Shown here: positions 18,456 through 26,957 of the stretch, in pieces | Layout: each line of letters starts with the position of its first letter | Numbering within the stretch: the stretch's first letter is position 1 | From: an uncultured Bacteroidales bacterium | Lineage (GTDB): Bacteria > Bacteroidota > Bacteroidia > Bacteroidales > Dysgonomonadaceae | NCBI GenBank assembly: GCA_964293155.1 | Contig: CAXYYA010000028.1 | Coordinates: 1-48,569, forward strand | Length of the DNA: 48,569 nt | Direction: 5' to 3' | Notes under the pieces: model-generated | What the model saw: the letters and a program-made list of their open reading frames with translations, nothing else | What the model was told of the DNA's origin: nothing | Databases searched by the model: none | Position numbers and translations under genes: made by a program

Positions 18456-19535
18456 ATGCAAATGAAAACAAAATCATTTTTTTTACTCTGTTGTCTTCTG
18501 TTTGTTTCACTGGTGATTTATGCCGAAACACCTCTCACCGTAAGGGGATTATGCTTAGGTGCACCGGCTAAGGACGATGTTCCCGCATTTGTGAAACTGA
18601 TTGACGAAAAACTAGCGCCCGACAGCGTGAACACGTTGGTGCTGCGCATTGATTACCGCTACGAATACAAATCGCATCCCGAGCTGAGAGCCGATAACCC
18701 GTTATCGGAAGCCGATGTGAAAAAAATTGTGGCCGCTTGCAAGCGGCACAATATTAGGGTGATCCCGCAGGTGAATTTATTAGGGCATCAATCGTGGGCA
18801 AGCCAGACAGGCAAGTTGTTGGAAGTTTATCCGCAATTCGATGAGACCCCGTCCATTAAACTGCCGAAAGATTATAAATGGCCGAATGCCGACGGATTGT
18901 ACTGTAAAAGTTACTGTCCGCAGCATCCAGAAGTGCACGATGTTGTATTCGAGGTAGTGGATGAAATTGTGCAGGCGTTTGAATCGGATGCGTTTCACGC
19001 GGGAATGGACGAAGTGTTCTACATTGCGCATCCCGATTGTCCCCGGTGCAAAGGTGAAGACCCTGCTGTTCTGTTCGCGGGCGAAGTAACGAAAATTCGC
19101 AACCATTTAGCCGATAACGGCAAGGAGCTATGGATTTGGGGCGACCGGCTGATTGATGGAAAAACAACCGGTATCGGTTTGTGGGAAGGCAGTTACAACA
19201 ATACACACCGGGCTATTGATCTTATTCCCAAAGACGTGGTGATCAACGACTGGCATTACGAAAAACCGCATCCAACACCCGTGCTTTTTGCTGCCAAAGG
19301 TTTCGATGTGATTATTTGTCCCTGGAGAATACCCGATGTTGCCGTAAAGGAGGCTGCGATGATGAAGATGCTGCGTGAAAACGCTTCGGACGAAATGCGG
19401 CCGCGATATGCAGGCATCATGCATACCTTCTGGAGCGATGCACGCACGTTTATAGACGGGATGAACAATACTACAGAAAAAGGCAAAAACGATCCTTCCG
19501 TTCAAACATTCAAGGAATTGGTGAAGGTTTGGTAG
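18456..19535 (+). CDS. Secreted glycoside hydrolase family 20-like (beta-N-acetylhexosaminidase-like) TIM-barrel protein
   Basis: 359 aa with a signal peptide. NLLGHQSW and FHAGMDEV resemble the GH20 H-x-G-x-D-E catalytic motif. Confidence 0.5.
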   Translation: MQMKTKSFFLLCCLLFVSLVIYAETPLTVRGLCLGAPAKDDVPAFVKLIDEKLAPDSVNTLVLRIDYRYEYKSHPELRADNPLSEADVKKIVAACKRHNIRVIPQVNLLGHQSWASQTGKLLEVYPQFDETPSIKLPKDYKWPNADGLYCKSYCPQHPEVHDVVFEVVDEIVQAFESDAFHAGMDEVFYIAHPDCPRCKGEDPAVLFAGEVTKIRNHLADNGKELWIWGDRLIDGKTTGIGLWEGSYNNTHRAIDLIPKDVVINDWHYEKPHPTPVLFAAKGFDVIICPWRIPDVAVKEAAMMKMLRENASDEMRPRYAGIMHTFWSDARTFIDGMNNTTEKGKNDPSVQTFKELVKVW

Positions 19536-19577
19536 CGAATGGCCGAAAAACAAATAAAAAATCCCGGGATTTTTTTA

Positions 19578-20090
19578 TTACTGATTCTGTCCGTAATAAA
19601 CGTCCTTTTCTGTTTGCGGGATGAGGGTGGGAGAGTACTCAACCGGAGAAAGAACGTAACTGTCGCCGAAGATAACGCGTTCGTTCTCTCTGAACGTCAG
19701 TGTTGTGTCGTCCACCATCACAAACGCGCCGGAGCCTTCCAGCAGTTTATTGTTCTTCAACAGAAAGTATTTGTCAATGTTGGAAACAAATCCTTTGGAC
19801 ATGAACCGGTAAACGCCTTTCAGCGTATCGCCCGAAATAGTGCCTTTGTATTCGCCCTGCGAGTTTTCGGCGTTGCGTAGCTTATAGAACAAAAAGCCCT
19901 TAAAATTATCGCCGGTGCGTTCCAGTTCCAGTTTAACGGTGTCTCGTTTTATTGAACCTACGTAAGACAGATACTCCGTTTTCGGAGTTGTAAGCGCCGT
20001 GGAATCAACCGTTTGGGATGTTTCGCCTCCTTTTTTAGAGGTACACGAAACTGCCATCACAAGCGCAAGTGCGAAAAATAATTGTTTCAT
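19578..20090 (-). CDS. Lipoprotein of unknown function (tandem paralog 1)
   Basis: 170 aa with lipobox AVSCTS. Shares the blocks LELxRT, F.GFLFY, GEYxG.xSGDTLKGV and SN(I/V)DKYFL with the neighbouring ORF. Confidence 0.6.
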   Translation of the reverse strand: MKQLFFALALVMAVSCTSKKGGETSQTVDSTALTTPKTEYLSYVGSIKRDTVKLELERTGDNFKGFLFYKLRNAENSQGEYKGTISGDTLKGVYRFMSKGFVSNIDKYFLLKNNKLLEGSGAFVMVDDTTLTFRENERVIFGDSYVLSPVEYSPTLIPQTEKDVYYGQNQ

Positions 20091-20134
20091 AAGATAAGGA
20101 AATGAAGTGGGTATAAAAAATGAGCTAAAGTTGG

Positions 20135-20659
20135 TTATTTGTTTGTTTTCAGCTTATAGTAGAACTCCCTGTTTTGGCGGGAAATAAATTCATCCGCGCA
20201 AGTTGCCGGTTGGAGGATATAACTTTCGCCGAACTTCACCCGAGCCGTATCGGTAAAAACCAGCGAAATGGAATCTTTTTCGGTGAGCGGGCCGATTCCT
20301 TCCAACAAGTTTCCGTCTTTCATCAGAAAGTATTTATCCACGTTGGATATCATTCCTTCCGACATAAAATTGAATACACCTTTCAGCGTATCGCCCGAAA
20401 CCTTGCCGTTGTATTCTCCGATGGAACTATCGCTCTCATAACGGTCGTAAAACAGAAATCCGTTGAAATCACTATCGGTGCGTTTCAGTTCCAGTCTCAC
20501 GGAATCCCGGTTTGCCGTTCCTAAAAAACAAAGTTTTTCCGTTGCCGGAACAAGTGTTGCCACCGAGTCGGTTTGAGCTGCGCTATTCCCGCTTTTGTTG
20601 TTGGTGCATGCCATCGCAAGCAATGCGATGCTTACCAGCGGCACAAAAAAATATTTCAT
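20135..20659 (-). CDS. Lipoprotein of unknown function (tandem paralog 2)
   Basis: 174 aa with lipobox AMACTN. Colinear similarity to 19578..20090. Confidence 0.6.
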   Translation of the reverse strand: MKYFFVPLVSIALLAMACTNNKSGNSAAQTDSVATLVPATEKLCFLGTANRDSVRLELKRTDSDFNGFLFYDRYESDSSIGEYNGKVSGDTLKGVFNFMSEGMISNVDKYFLMKDGNLLEGIGPLTEKDSISLVFTDTARVKFGESYILQPATCADEFISRQNREFYYKLKTNK

Positions 20660-20729
20660 CAGTTAAGGGTATAAAATTAATTTTCCGATGTATTAACAAA
20701 TAACTGTTACCGAATGTTCTTTCGCCCCG

Positions 20730-21611
20730 TTATTTGTATATCAGTTTCTTCCCGGCCAATAAGGTGTTTTTCATCAATGAAACAATGGTCATTGGGCCAA
20801 CGCCTCCGGGAACGGGAGTGATGTACGAACATTTGGGCGCAACCTCGTCGAATGCCACATCGCCTTTCAATTTGAACCCCGATTTGGTTTTGTCGCTCGG
20901 CACACGTGTTGTGCCCACGTCAATAACCACAGCGCCTTCTTTTACCATATCGCCTTTCAAAAATTCGGGAACGCCCAGCGCAGCGATGATAATATCGGCT
21001 TGCAGACACATATCTTTGATGTTTTTTGTGCGGCTGTGGCAAACGGTTACGGTGCAATCGCCGGGATAGGCTTTTTGTAACATGAGCTGCGCCACAGGTT
21101 TACCTACGATATTGCTCCGCCCCAGCACAACACAATGCTTGCCACGGGTTTCAATTTCGTATCGTTTCAACAATTCCACGATTCCCGACGGCGTAGCCGA
21201 CAAAAAACACGGCATGCCGAGCGACATGCGGCCTACGTTCACGGGATGAAAGCCGTCAACATCTTTGCGGTAATTGATGGCTTCGGTGATTTTGTCTTCC
21301 GAAATGTGTTTGGGCAACGGCAGTTGCACGATGAAACCGTCAATATCGGCATCGTTGTTCAACCGATCTACGCAAGCGAGCAGTTCCTCTTCCGTAACAT
21401 CGTCTTCATAACGGATGAGCGTGGATTTAAAACCCACTTCTTCGCACGCTTTTACCTTGTTGGCCACGTAGGTTTCGCTGCCTCCGTCGTGTCCCACGAG
21501 AACGGCGGCCAAATGTGGCGTTTTTCCACCGTTGGCTCTAAGTTGCGTAACTTCTTCCGCGATTTCTTTTTTTATTTGGGCGGCTACGGCCTTTCCGTCG
21601 ATTAACTGCAT
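20730..21611 (-). CDS. folD: Bifunctional methylenetetrahydrofolate dehydrogenase / methenyltetrahydrofolate cyclohydrolase
   Basis: Motifs [37 protein letters not shown] and [13 protein letters not shown] 21611 is preferred over the track start 21641. Confidence 0.93.
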   Translation of the reverse strand: MQLIDGKAVAAQIKKEIAEEVTQLRANGGKTPHLAAVLVGHDGGSETYVANKVKACEEVGFKSTLIRYEDDVTEEELLACVDRLNNDADIDGFIVQLPLPKHISEDKITEAINYRKDVDGFHPVNVGRMSLGMPCFLSATPSGIVELLKRYEIETRGKHCVVLGRSNIVGKPVAQLMLQKAYPGDCTVTVCHSRTKNIKDMCLQADIIIAALGVPEFLKGDMVKEGAVVIDVGTTRVPSDKTKSGFKLKGDVAFDEVAPKCSYITPVPGGVGPMTIVSLMKNTLLAGKKLIYK

Positions 21612-21628
21612 AATTATATTTTTTATTT

Positions 21629-21649
21629 GAGACGCAAGCATTGCGTCTC
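21629..21649. other. Hairpin between ffh and folD
   Basis: GAGACGCAA-GCA-TTGCGTCTC, a 9-bp stem. No U-run follows it on the minus strand, so it is not a canonical terminator. Confidence 0.4.
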
Positions 21650-21661
21650 TACAACCCGCAA

Positions 21662-22987
21662 CTATCTTCTTCTCATATTTTTCATCATCGCTTTTCCGCC
21701 GCCGGTAGTCATCATACGCATCATTTTGCGGGTCTCGTCGAACTGTTTGAGCAGTTTGTTCACTTCCTGAACACTGGTTCCGCTTCCCAAAGCGATGCGT
21801 GCGCGGCGGCTGCCGTTCAGTATCTCGGGATTGGTGCGTTCTTTCGGCGTCATTGAGCGGATGATGGCTTCGATGCCTCTGAAAGCATCGTCGTCAATAT
21901 CCATATCTTTGATCTGTTTTCCAACACCGGGTATCATGGATGCCAAATCCTTGAGGTTACCCATTTTTTTGATTTGCTGGATTTGGGAAATGAAATCGTT
22001 GAAATCGAATTGATTTTTGGCGATCTTTTTCTGTAGGCGACGGGCTTCCTCTTCGTCGTATTGTTCCTGCGCTTTCTCAACCAGCGAAACAATGTCGCCC
22101 ATGCCGAGAATACGGTCGGCCATACGTTCGGGATGGAAAACATCAATCGCATCCAGCTTTTCGCCCGTTCCCACAAACTTAATAGGTTTGTTCACAACCG
22201 AGCGAATGGAAAGCGCGGCTCCGCCGCGGGTATCGCCGTCCAGCTTGGTAAGCACAACGCCGTTGAAATCGAGCCTGTCGTTAAATTCTTTTGCGGTGTT
22301 CACCGCATCCTGTCCGGTCATGGCATCCACAACGAAAAGGATTTCCTGCGGATTTACGGCATTCTTGATGGCGGTGATCTCGTTCATCATCTGCTCGTCA
22401 ATGGCCAGACGTCCTGCCGTGTCAATGATCACGAGGTCTTTACCGTGCTGACGGGCGTATTGAATGGCGTTTTGCGCGATCTTGACCGGATTTTTGTTCT
22501 CTTCTTCCGAATACACCGGCACGCCGATTTGCTCGCCCAGCACTTTCAACTGCTCAATGGCCGCAGGACGATATACGTCGCCGGCAACCAACAACGGATT
22601 TTTGCCGCGCTTGGATTTGAGCATGTTCGCCAGCTTTCCCGAAAACGTAGTTTTACCCGAACCTTGTAACCCCGACATCAGAATAATCGCCGGATTGCCC
22701 TTGATGTTAATATCGGTGGCGGTACCGCCCATGAGGGTTGCCAACTCGTCGTGGACGATCTTAACCATCAACTGGTCGGGTTTCACGGCGGTAAGCACGT
22801 CTTGCCCCATCGCTTTCTCCTTGACGGTTTCGGTGAAATCTTTGGCAGTTTTATAGTTCACGTCGGCATCGAGCAACGCGCGGCGCACTTCTTTTAGCGT
22901 AGAAGCAACGTTAATTTCGGTGATTCTTCCTTCACCTTTCAGTATCTTGAACGACCTTTCGAGCCTGTCACTTAAATTTTCAAACAT
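21662..22987 (-). CDS. ffh: Signal recognition particle protein Ffh
   Basis: 441 aa. GTPase motifs [15 protein letters not shown] and [10 protein letters not shown]. Met-rich M domain. Confidence 0.97.
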   Translation of the reverse strand: MFENLSDRLERSFKILKGEGRITEINVASTLKEVRRALLDADVNYKTAKDFTETVKEKAMGQDVLTAVKPDQLMVKIVHDELATLMGGTATDINIKGNPAIILMSGLQGSGKTTFSGKLANMLKSKRGKNPLLVAGDVYRPAAIEQLKVLGEQIGVPVYSEEENKNPVKIAQNAIQYARQHGKDLVIIDTAGRLAIDEQMMNEITAIKNAVNPQEILFVVDAMTGQDAVNTAKEFNDRLDFNGVVLTKLDGDTRGGAALSIRSVVNKPIKFVGTGEKLDAIDVFHPERMADRILGMGDIVSLVEKAQEQYDEEEARRLQKKIAKNQFDFNDFISQIQQIKKMGNLKDLASMIPGVGKQIKDMDIDDDAFRGIEAIIRSMTPKERTNPEILNGSRRARIALGSGTSVQEVNKLLKQFDETRKMMRMMTTGGGKAMMKNMRRR

Positions 22988-23017
22988 CGTAATTTATCCT
23001 ATATTTTTATTGGGCTA

Positions 23018-23048
23018 CAAAGATAGTGAAAATGCTTTATTTGGCAAA
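23018..23048 (-). promoter_or_regulatory. Primary-sigma promoter for ffh (-33 TTTG, 19 nt spacer, -7 TAtcTTTG)
   Basis: The minus strand reads TTTG-CCAAATAAAGCATTTTCAC-TATCTTTG. This matches the consensus in both sequence and spacing, 31 nt before ATG 22987. Confidence 0.65.
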
Positions 23049-23057
23049 GACGTAAAG

Positions 23058-23329
23058 TTTATCCGCAATGTTTCGAGGCTGAGAATTTTCAGTAGTCATG
23101 GCTAAAGCCGGTGTTCACGTTTGCTGGGTTCTCCGCTTTAAACAGGCTGTGTAAGAAACATCGCAACAGTATCATTTTGTCATTCCGACGATAGGAGGAA
23201 TCTTTATTTGTCATAAATTATAAACTCTTCACTCCGCAAAGCTGCGTTCAGAGTGACAAAAAGACACCTAATTTTCATTTTTACACAGCCTCTAAAAGCA
23301 GGGTTATTAAGACGTATTGCGGATAATCA
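23058..23329. mobile_element. Degenerate family-A-like shell carrying a family B insertion
   Basis: Ends TTATCCGCAAT ... ATTGCGGATAA form an 11-12 bp inverted repeat matching the core of the family A TIR. The interior has a GGCTAAAGCC motif. Confidence 0.45.
23143..23292 (+). mobile_element. MITE-like element, family B, copy 2
   Basis: 150 bp with four differences from copy 1 (9536..9684). Flanked by TAAA on both sides (23139..23142 and 23293..23296). Confidence 0.8.
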
Positions 23330-23455
23330 AAAAAATGACTATTTTTGTGAACGGGAAAAACATTTGTAAATGCCCATTAATTTGGTTGATTATTAAATCG
23401 CATAAATGAAGATGTTGGCAACGATTTGTAAATGTAAACTACAAAAATTTGGTAA

Positions 23456-23659
23456 ATGGACAAGATTTGGTTAATAACAATAGCAACTGCAATTTTTTTG
23501 ATCATAAATTTTCTTTTTTATAAAACGCTCAACGTGTATTACAAAGAGGAATTTGGCAAAAAGACGTGAAAATTAGGAGGAGGGAGAATATACTTTTGGC
23601 AGGCATCAATAATTGTCAGCACAATAGGTGCGTTGATAGCAATTTATTTTTTAAAATAG
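23456..23659 (+). pseudogene. Small two-helix membrane ORF interrupted by an in-frame TGA
   Basis: ATG 23456 gives MDKIWLITIATAIFLIINFLFYKTLNVYYKEEFGKKT, then TGA (23567..23569). The same frame continues KLGGGRIYFWQASIIVSTIGALIAIYFLK to TAG 23657..23659. Below the size cut-off of the ORF track. Confidence 0.3.
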
Positions 23660-23663
23660 TAAA

Positions 23664-23891
23664 CGTTCATCACACCCTTCCCGCTTACGCGGATTTCTCG
23701 TCATAACGAGCGCACAGGTTCGAGCGGTAATCGGTGTGTGCCGCAGGCAAGAGTTTACTTCGTAACACACGCTTTGCAAAAGCGCGCGAGCACAAGCGGG
23801 ACACGAAGTTTGTAACTTCGTGAACGAAGGCACAGCCATCGTCTCCCAATAAAAAAATCCGCCAAACGCTTCATCGCTTGGCGGATTTTTT
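23664..23891 (+). ncRNA. Candidate structured RNA of unassigned family, ending at an intrinsic terminator
   Basis: GC-rich island in an AT-rich spacer. Local hairpins at 23697..23710, 23770..23784 and 23802..23822. Long-range pairs CGTTCA/TGAACG (23664-69 / 23821-26) and CCCGCTT/AAGCGGG (23680-86 / 23794-800). Terminator at 23851..23891. The only ORF (62 aa, minus strand) is Cys/Arg-rich and not protein-like. Confidence 0.35.
23851..23891. terminator. Bidirectional intrinsic terminator
   Basis: Stem ATCCGCCAAACG / CGCTTGGCGGAT with one mismatch, A7 on the left and T6 on the right. It ends the minus-strand OMP gene and would also end the plus-strand RNA candidate. Confidence 0.8.
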
Positions 23892-23912
23892 ATACAGTTG
23901 ATCTTTAAATTT

Positions 23913-24743
23913 CTACAAAGGTATTAAGTAAAATGCCGACACGGAAAACCCTGAACTTACTTTATAATCGGCAGCGCTATCTTTCGTAAACGGGAAATTG
24001 AGCGAATATCCAAATTGCAGCTCAAAATTGCCCAAATTTACACTCAAGGGGAGAAACAGCTGGACGTTTAACAAGCCGAATACTTCCTCGGGAGTGGTTG
24101 CAAGGTTTATGGTTTCTTTGGCAAAATAGCCCGAAATTTCAGGGCCGAAATAAAAACGGTTGTTTTTCCCAAAATCTAAAAAATAAAAACCGGCAAAAAC
24201 GCTCGGACTGAGCGTATAGAATGTCTGACTCCCGAAAAGCAAATTGTTGGAGATACGTGCTCCATACCAGTCTTTTCGGTACGAAAGCGTTAAGTTGGCA
24301 TTGTTTTCATAGGGATAAATGGCTGTGGTGTCGGAATTGTAAATGAGACGGCTGTATGAACCGCTGGCTCTGAAGTGCTTGCTTTTATCCAGGTAAAGGC
24401 CGTATCCAAGCGTCAGCATTGTTGTGGTGTAGCCGGGCGAAAGCTGGTCGTACCATATTCCGGATGCTCCTGCAAAGAGTCCGTATTTGCTGAAATAATA
24501 AACGTGACCACTTACATTCGCTAAGTCGGTACCGATTTCTCTGCCTGCAAAGAACGTTTTATTATTGTAATTAAGGCCTGCGTACAAAAAGTCTTTCTTT
24601 TCACTAATTATTTCAGACAATAAAGTTTCATCACTAAATATCAAATCATTTAGTAATGAGTCAATTCTATCGGTTTGAGCGGCGGCTGAAATACCGTATA
24701 GAAGGAACAATATAAAGAATGCTTTTTTCATATGTTTATTCAT
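23913..24743 (-). CDS. Putative outer-membrane beta-barrel protein, last gene of ECF regulon 1
   Basis: 276 aa with a signal peptide ending AAAQ. Alternating aromatic/polar strands rich in Y, F, G, S and N. Confidence 0.45.
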   Translation of the reverse strand: MNKHMKKAFFILFLLYGISAAAQTDRIDSLLNDLIFSDETLLSEIISEKKDFLYAGLNYNNKTFFAGREIGTDLANVSGHVYYFSKYGLFAGASGIWYDQLSPGYTTTMLTLGYGLYLDKSKHFRASGSYSRLIYNSDTTAIYPYENNANLTLSYRKDWYGARISNNLLFGSQTFYTLSPSVFAGFYFLDFGKNNRFYFGPEISGYFAKETINLATTPEEVFGLLNVQLFLPLSVNLGNFELQFGYSLNFPFTKDSAADYKVSSGFSVSAFYLIPL

Positions 24744-24916
24744 TGATTTTTACATTATGGTCACATAGCTCATTCGAACGTACGAGAGAACACGCGTTTT
24801 AATTAATCCCCTGTTTCAAAATTATTCCGGTATGGCAGTTATTCCAATACCTTTAATAAAAACTTTTGAAAGAGCGTGAGCTCTTTCAAAAGTAATTTAA
24901 TTTTCATAATTAAGGT

Positions 24917-25558
24917 TTATTTGCCGCCACCTTTCATGCCGCCACCTTTTCCACCACCTTCGCCAAGCTGCTGCATTTGTTGCTGCATTTGCTGTTGCTG
25001 GCTGCCGGTAGATATATTCTGGTGTTCTCTGATTTGGTTGCGTTGTTGTTCCTTAACCTGTTCTTTGGTTTGCGTTGCAACTCCTTTGTTCAACCGGTTT
25101 TGATCTCTATACTGCAATTTCAGCATATTGCGTTGTTCTTCCGACAGAGAATTCATAAAGGCTTCTCTTTTTTCAGCTCTGGTCATCGTTTGGTTTTGAA
25201 GCAATTCAATTTGTTCGGGGGTAAGAGAGTTCTTGAATTGTTCGCGATTTCTCTGATTTACCATGCTCTGAATATCAGCATTTACCTGATTCCCTGTTGC
25301 TGAATGTAACCGATCCCGATCCCTCTGTTGCAATTGGTCAGCATCTTCAAGCGGATCGTGAATGCGGTCTCTTGTCTGGTCTTTCAACTGATCTTTCAGT
25401 TGATCTTTAGTTTGATCTTTGGTCTGATCTTTCAATTGATCCTTTTTTTCAATTTTGGTTTGGTCTTTTGCTCTTATAGGTGTGGTTTGAGCAAATGTAT
25501 TTGCGGCTAAAAAAAGAAAAGCTACAAATAAAACTCCGAAGATTGATTTTGTTTTCAT
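24917..25558 (-). CDS. Secreted low-complexity protein with LTXXQ-type (CpxP/Spy-like) motifs and a Gly-rich tail
   Basis: 213 aa with a signal peptide. Contains (K/R)DQ(T/L) tetrapeptide repeats, then SLTPEQIELL and SLSEEQRNML. The C-terminus is QQQQMQQQMQQLGEGGGKGGGMKGGGK. Confidence 0.6.
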   Translation of the reverse strand: MKTKSIFGVLFVAFLFLAANTFAQTTPIRAKDQTKIEKKDQLKDQTKDQTKDQLKDQLKDQTRDRIHDPLEDADQLQQRDRDRLHSATGNQVNADIQSMVNQRNREQFKNSLTPEQIELLQNQTMTRAEKREAFMNSLSEEQRNMLKLQYRDQNRLNKGVATQTKEQVKEQQRNQIREHQNISTGSQQQQMQQQMQQLGEGGGKGGGMKGGGK

Positions 25559-25594
25559 AATTCTTGTTTTTAATAATTAATTCGTTTCCGTTTT

Positions 25595-25630
25595 GTATAA
25601 GATAACCGAACAAGTCTTGTAATACCCTAC
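25595..25630 (-). promoter_or_regulatory. ECF-type promoter motif, regulon 1, site 2 (GTAGGGTATT-N10-TTCGGTTA)
   Basis: The minus strand reads GTAGGGTATTACAAGACTTGTTCGGTTATC, 45 nt upstream of ATG 25558. The same two blocks at the same spacing occur upstream of the sigma gene (27461..27493). Confidence 0.55.
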
Positions 25631-25691
25631 TTTTTTATTGAGATTTTTTCAATTAAATACTTTTTTTACTTTGAAAGGCGGTTCCAGCGGT

Positions 25692-26948
25692 TTATCTTGG
25701 AGATTGTTTTCCGCCTTCTCTTCTCATTCCGCCACCTTCTTTTTCAACCGGAGTGTTGGACAACTGGTTTTTACGATTCCGTTGTTCATCTTTCACGTTC
25801 TCTTTTATTCCGTCTTTGTGAACATCTTTGCCGAATTCTATTTCAGTGTTTTGATCCCTGAGCAATTGTCTTTGTTCGTTTGTAAGGGATTTAATGAACG
25901 CTTTCTGTCTTTCAGTTCTGCTCAACGTTTTGTCTTCCAGAATGTCGAGTTGCTTTTGGGTCAGTGAGTTTCTGAATCGGTTTTTAGCCGGTTCCGCATT
26001 ATTGTCTGCTGTTTCCCCCTGGCGATTTTGAAGATTCGTGCGTTCCTGATTTTCGGTTTGCAGTTTTGTCTCCGCTTCGTCTAGTAAGTTTTTAATTTCG
26101 TTTAAATGATTTTCCTTTAGCTCATTCGACAAATTCGGTTCTACTTTTAACGGGGTTGGCTCCTGCAACTGAATTTTCTCCTGACTCATCGTTCTCTGCC
26201 TTTCCGGTTCGGGTTTCATTTCGTCTTTTGGAATGACGGCAGGTTTTTCTTCCGTGATATTCATATCTTTTTCTTCTACGGCTACAGTTACTTCCGGAGT
26301 TACCTCAGTAGGATTGTTGTGATGCTGAGAAATAATTTCGAACTGTTTATCCGCCTTCAGCCTTGCTTTCTGACCGGTCGTTATCACAACTTCGTTTTTT
26401 TCGGCAAACTCCACAAGCATCACTTTTCCATGTTCGCAATTCACCTGGTATTCATTTTCGCGAGCCGTTACCAAAAATCGTGTTCCTAAAACCACCGTTT
26501 TGGCCTTTTCAGAAACAACTTCGAACCTACTTCCGCTTTCCACTTCAAAATAAGCTTCGCCGTTTAGCTTTGTTGTCCGGCTGAACTTCCACAGCAAAGG
26601 TTTGTAGCTCAGCGACGAATTGGCGTGCAACACCACCTTGGAATTGTCCGGCAAAAGAAAACTCTTTTCAGCTATCACGGTTTTCACATTCTTTGTATAT
26701 AATGTTGCTGTAACAGCAAATGAAACCAATAAAGCGATCGAGGCTACTGCCGCGTATTTCAACAGTTGGAAATACCGGACGGGCTGAACTTTCTTCCCGG
26801 TTGGGTTAGCATCCAGTTTTGCTTCCATTTCCATCCAAATATCCTCTTTGGACCTGATCCATTGAGGTCGGGTGTTGGAAATGATATCTTCTACTTCCTT
26901 CGAAAATACGATATTTTCTTTTTCGGAATATGTATGTTTAATAATCAT
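25692..26948 (-). CDS. FecR-family anti-sigma factor with an extended low-complexity C-terminal domain
   Basis: 418 aa. One TM helix (AAVASIALLVSFAVTATLY). FecR-type periplasmic domain (LPDNSKVVLHANSSLSY ... GEAYFEV ... VLGTRFLV). The C-terminal ~100 aa are homologous to the downstream secreted protein. Confidence 0.8.
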   Translation of the reverse strand: MIIKHTYSEKENIVFSKEVEDIISNTRPQWIRSKEDIWMEMEAKLDANPTGKKVQPVRYFQLLKYAAVASIALLVSFAVTATLYTKNVKTVIAEKSFLLPDNSKVVLHANSSLSYKPLLWKFSRTTKLNGEAYFEVESGSRFEVVSEKAKTVVLGTRFLVTARENEYQVNCEHGKVMLVEFAEKNEVVITTGQKARLKADKQFEIISQHHNNPTEVTPEVTVAVEEKDMNITEEKPAVIPKDEMKPEPERQRTMSQEKIQLQEPTPLKVEPNLSNELKENHLNEIKNLLDEAETKLQTENQERTNLQNRQGETADNNAEPAKNRFRNSLTQKQLDILEDKTLSRTERQKAFIKSLTNEQRQLLRDQNTEIEFGKDVHKDGIKENVKDEQRNRKNQLSNTPVEKEGGGMRREGGKQSPR

Positions 26949-26957
26949 AGGGTTTGG

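Noticed and set aside
21629-21649. Hairpin between ffh and folD as a rho-independent terminator
   Set aside because: On the transcribed (minus) strand the stem is followed by an A-rich, not U-rich, tract. I kept it as an unassigned hairpin only.
23567-23569. TGA read as a sense codon (recoding) in the small membrane ORF
   Set aside because: TGA terminates well-supported genes in this window, such as the susD-like gene at 5904..5906. A genome-wide reassignment is therefore excluded, and no selenocysteine-type hairpin is evident.
23651-23839. 62-aa minus-strand ORF
   Set aside because: It lies wholly within the helix-dense GC-rich island. The Cys/Arg-rich sequence has no promoter or partner genes, so it is more likely a chance frame in an RNA element.
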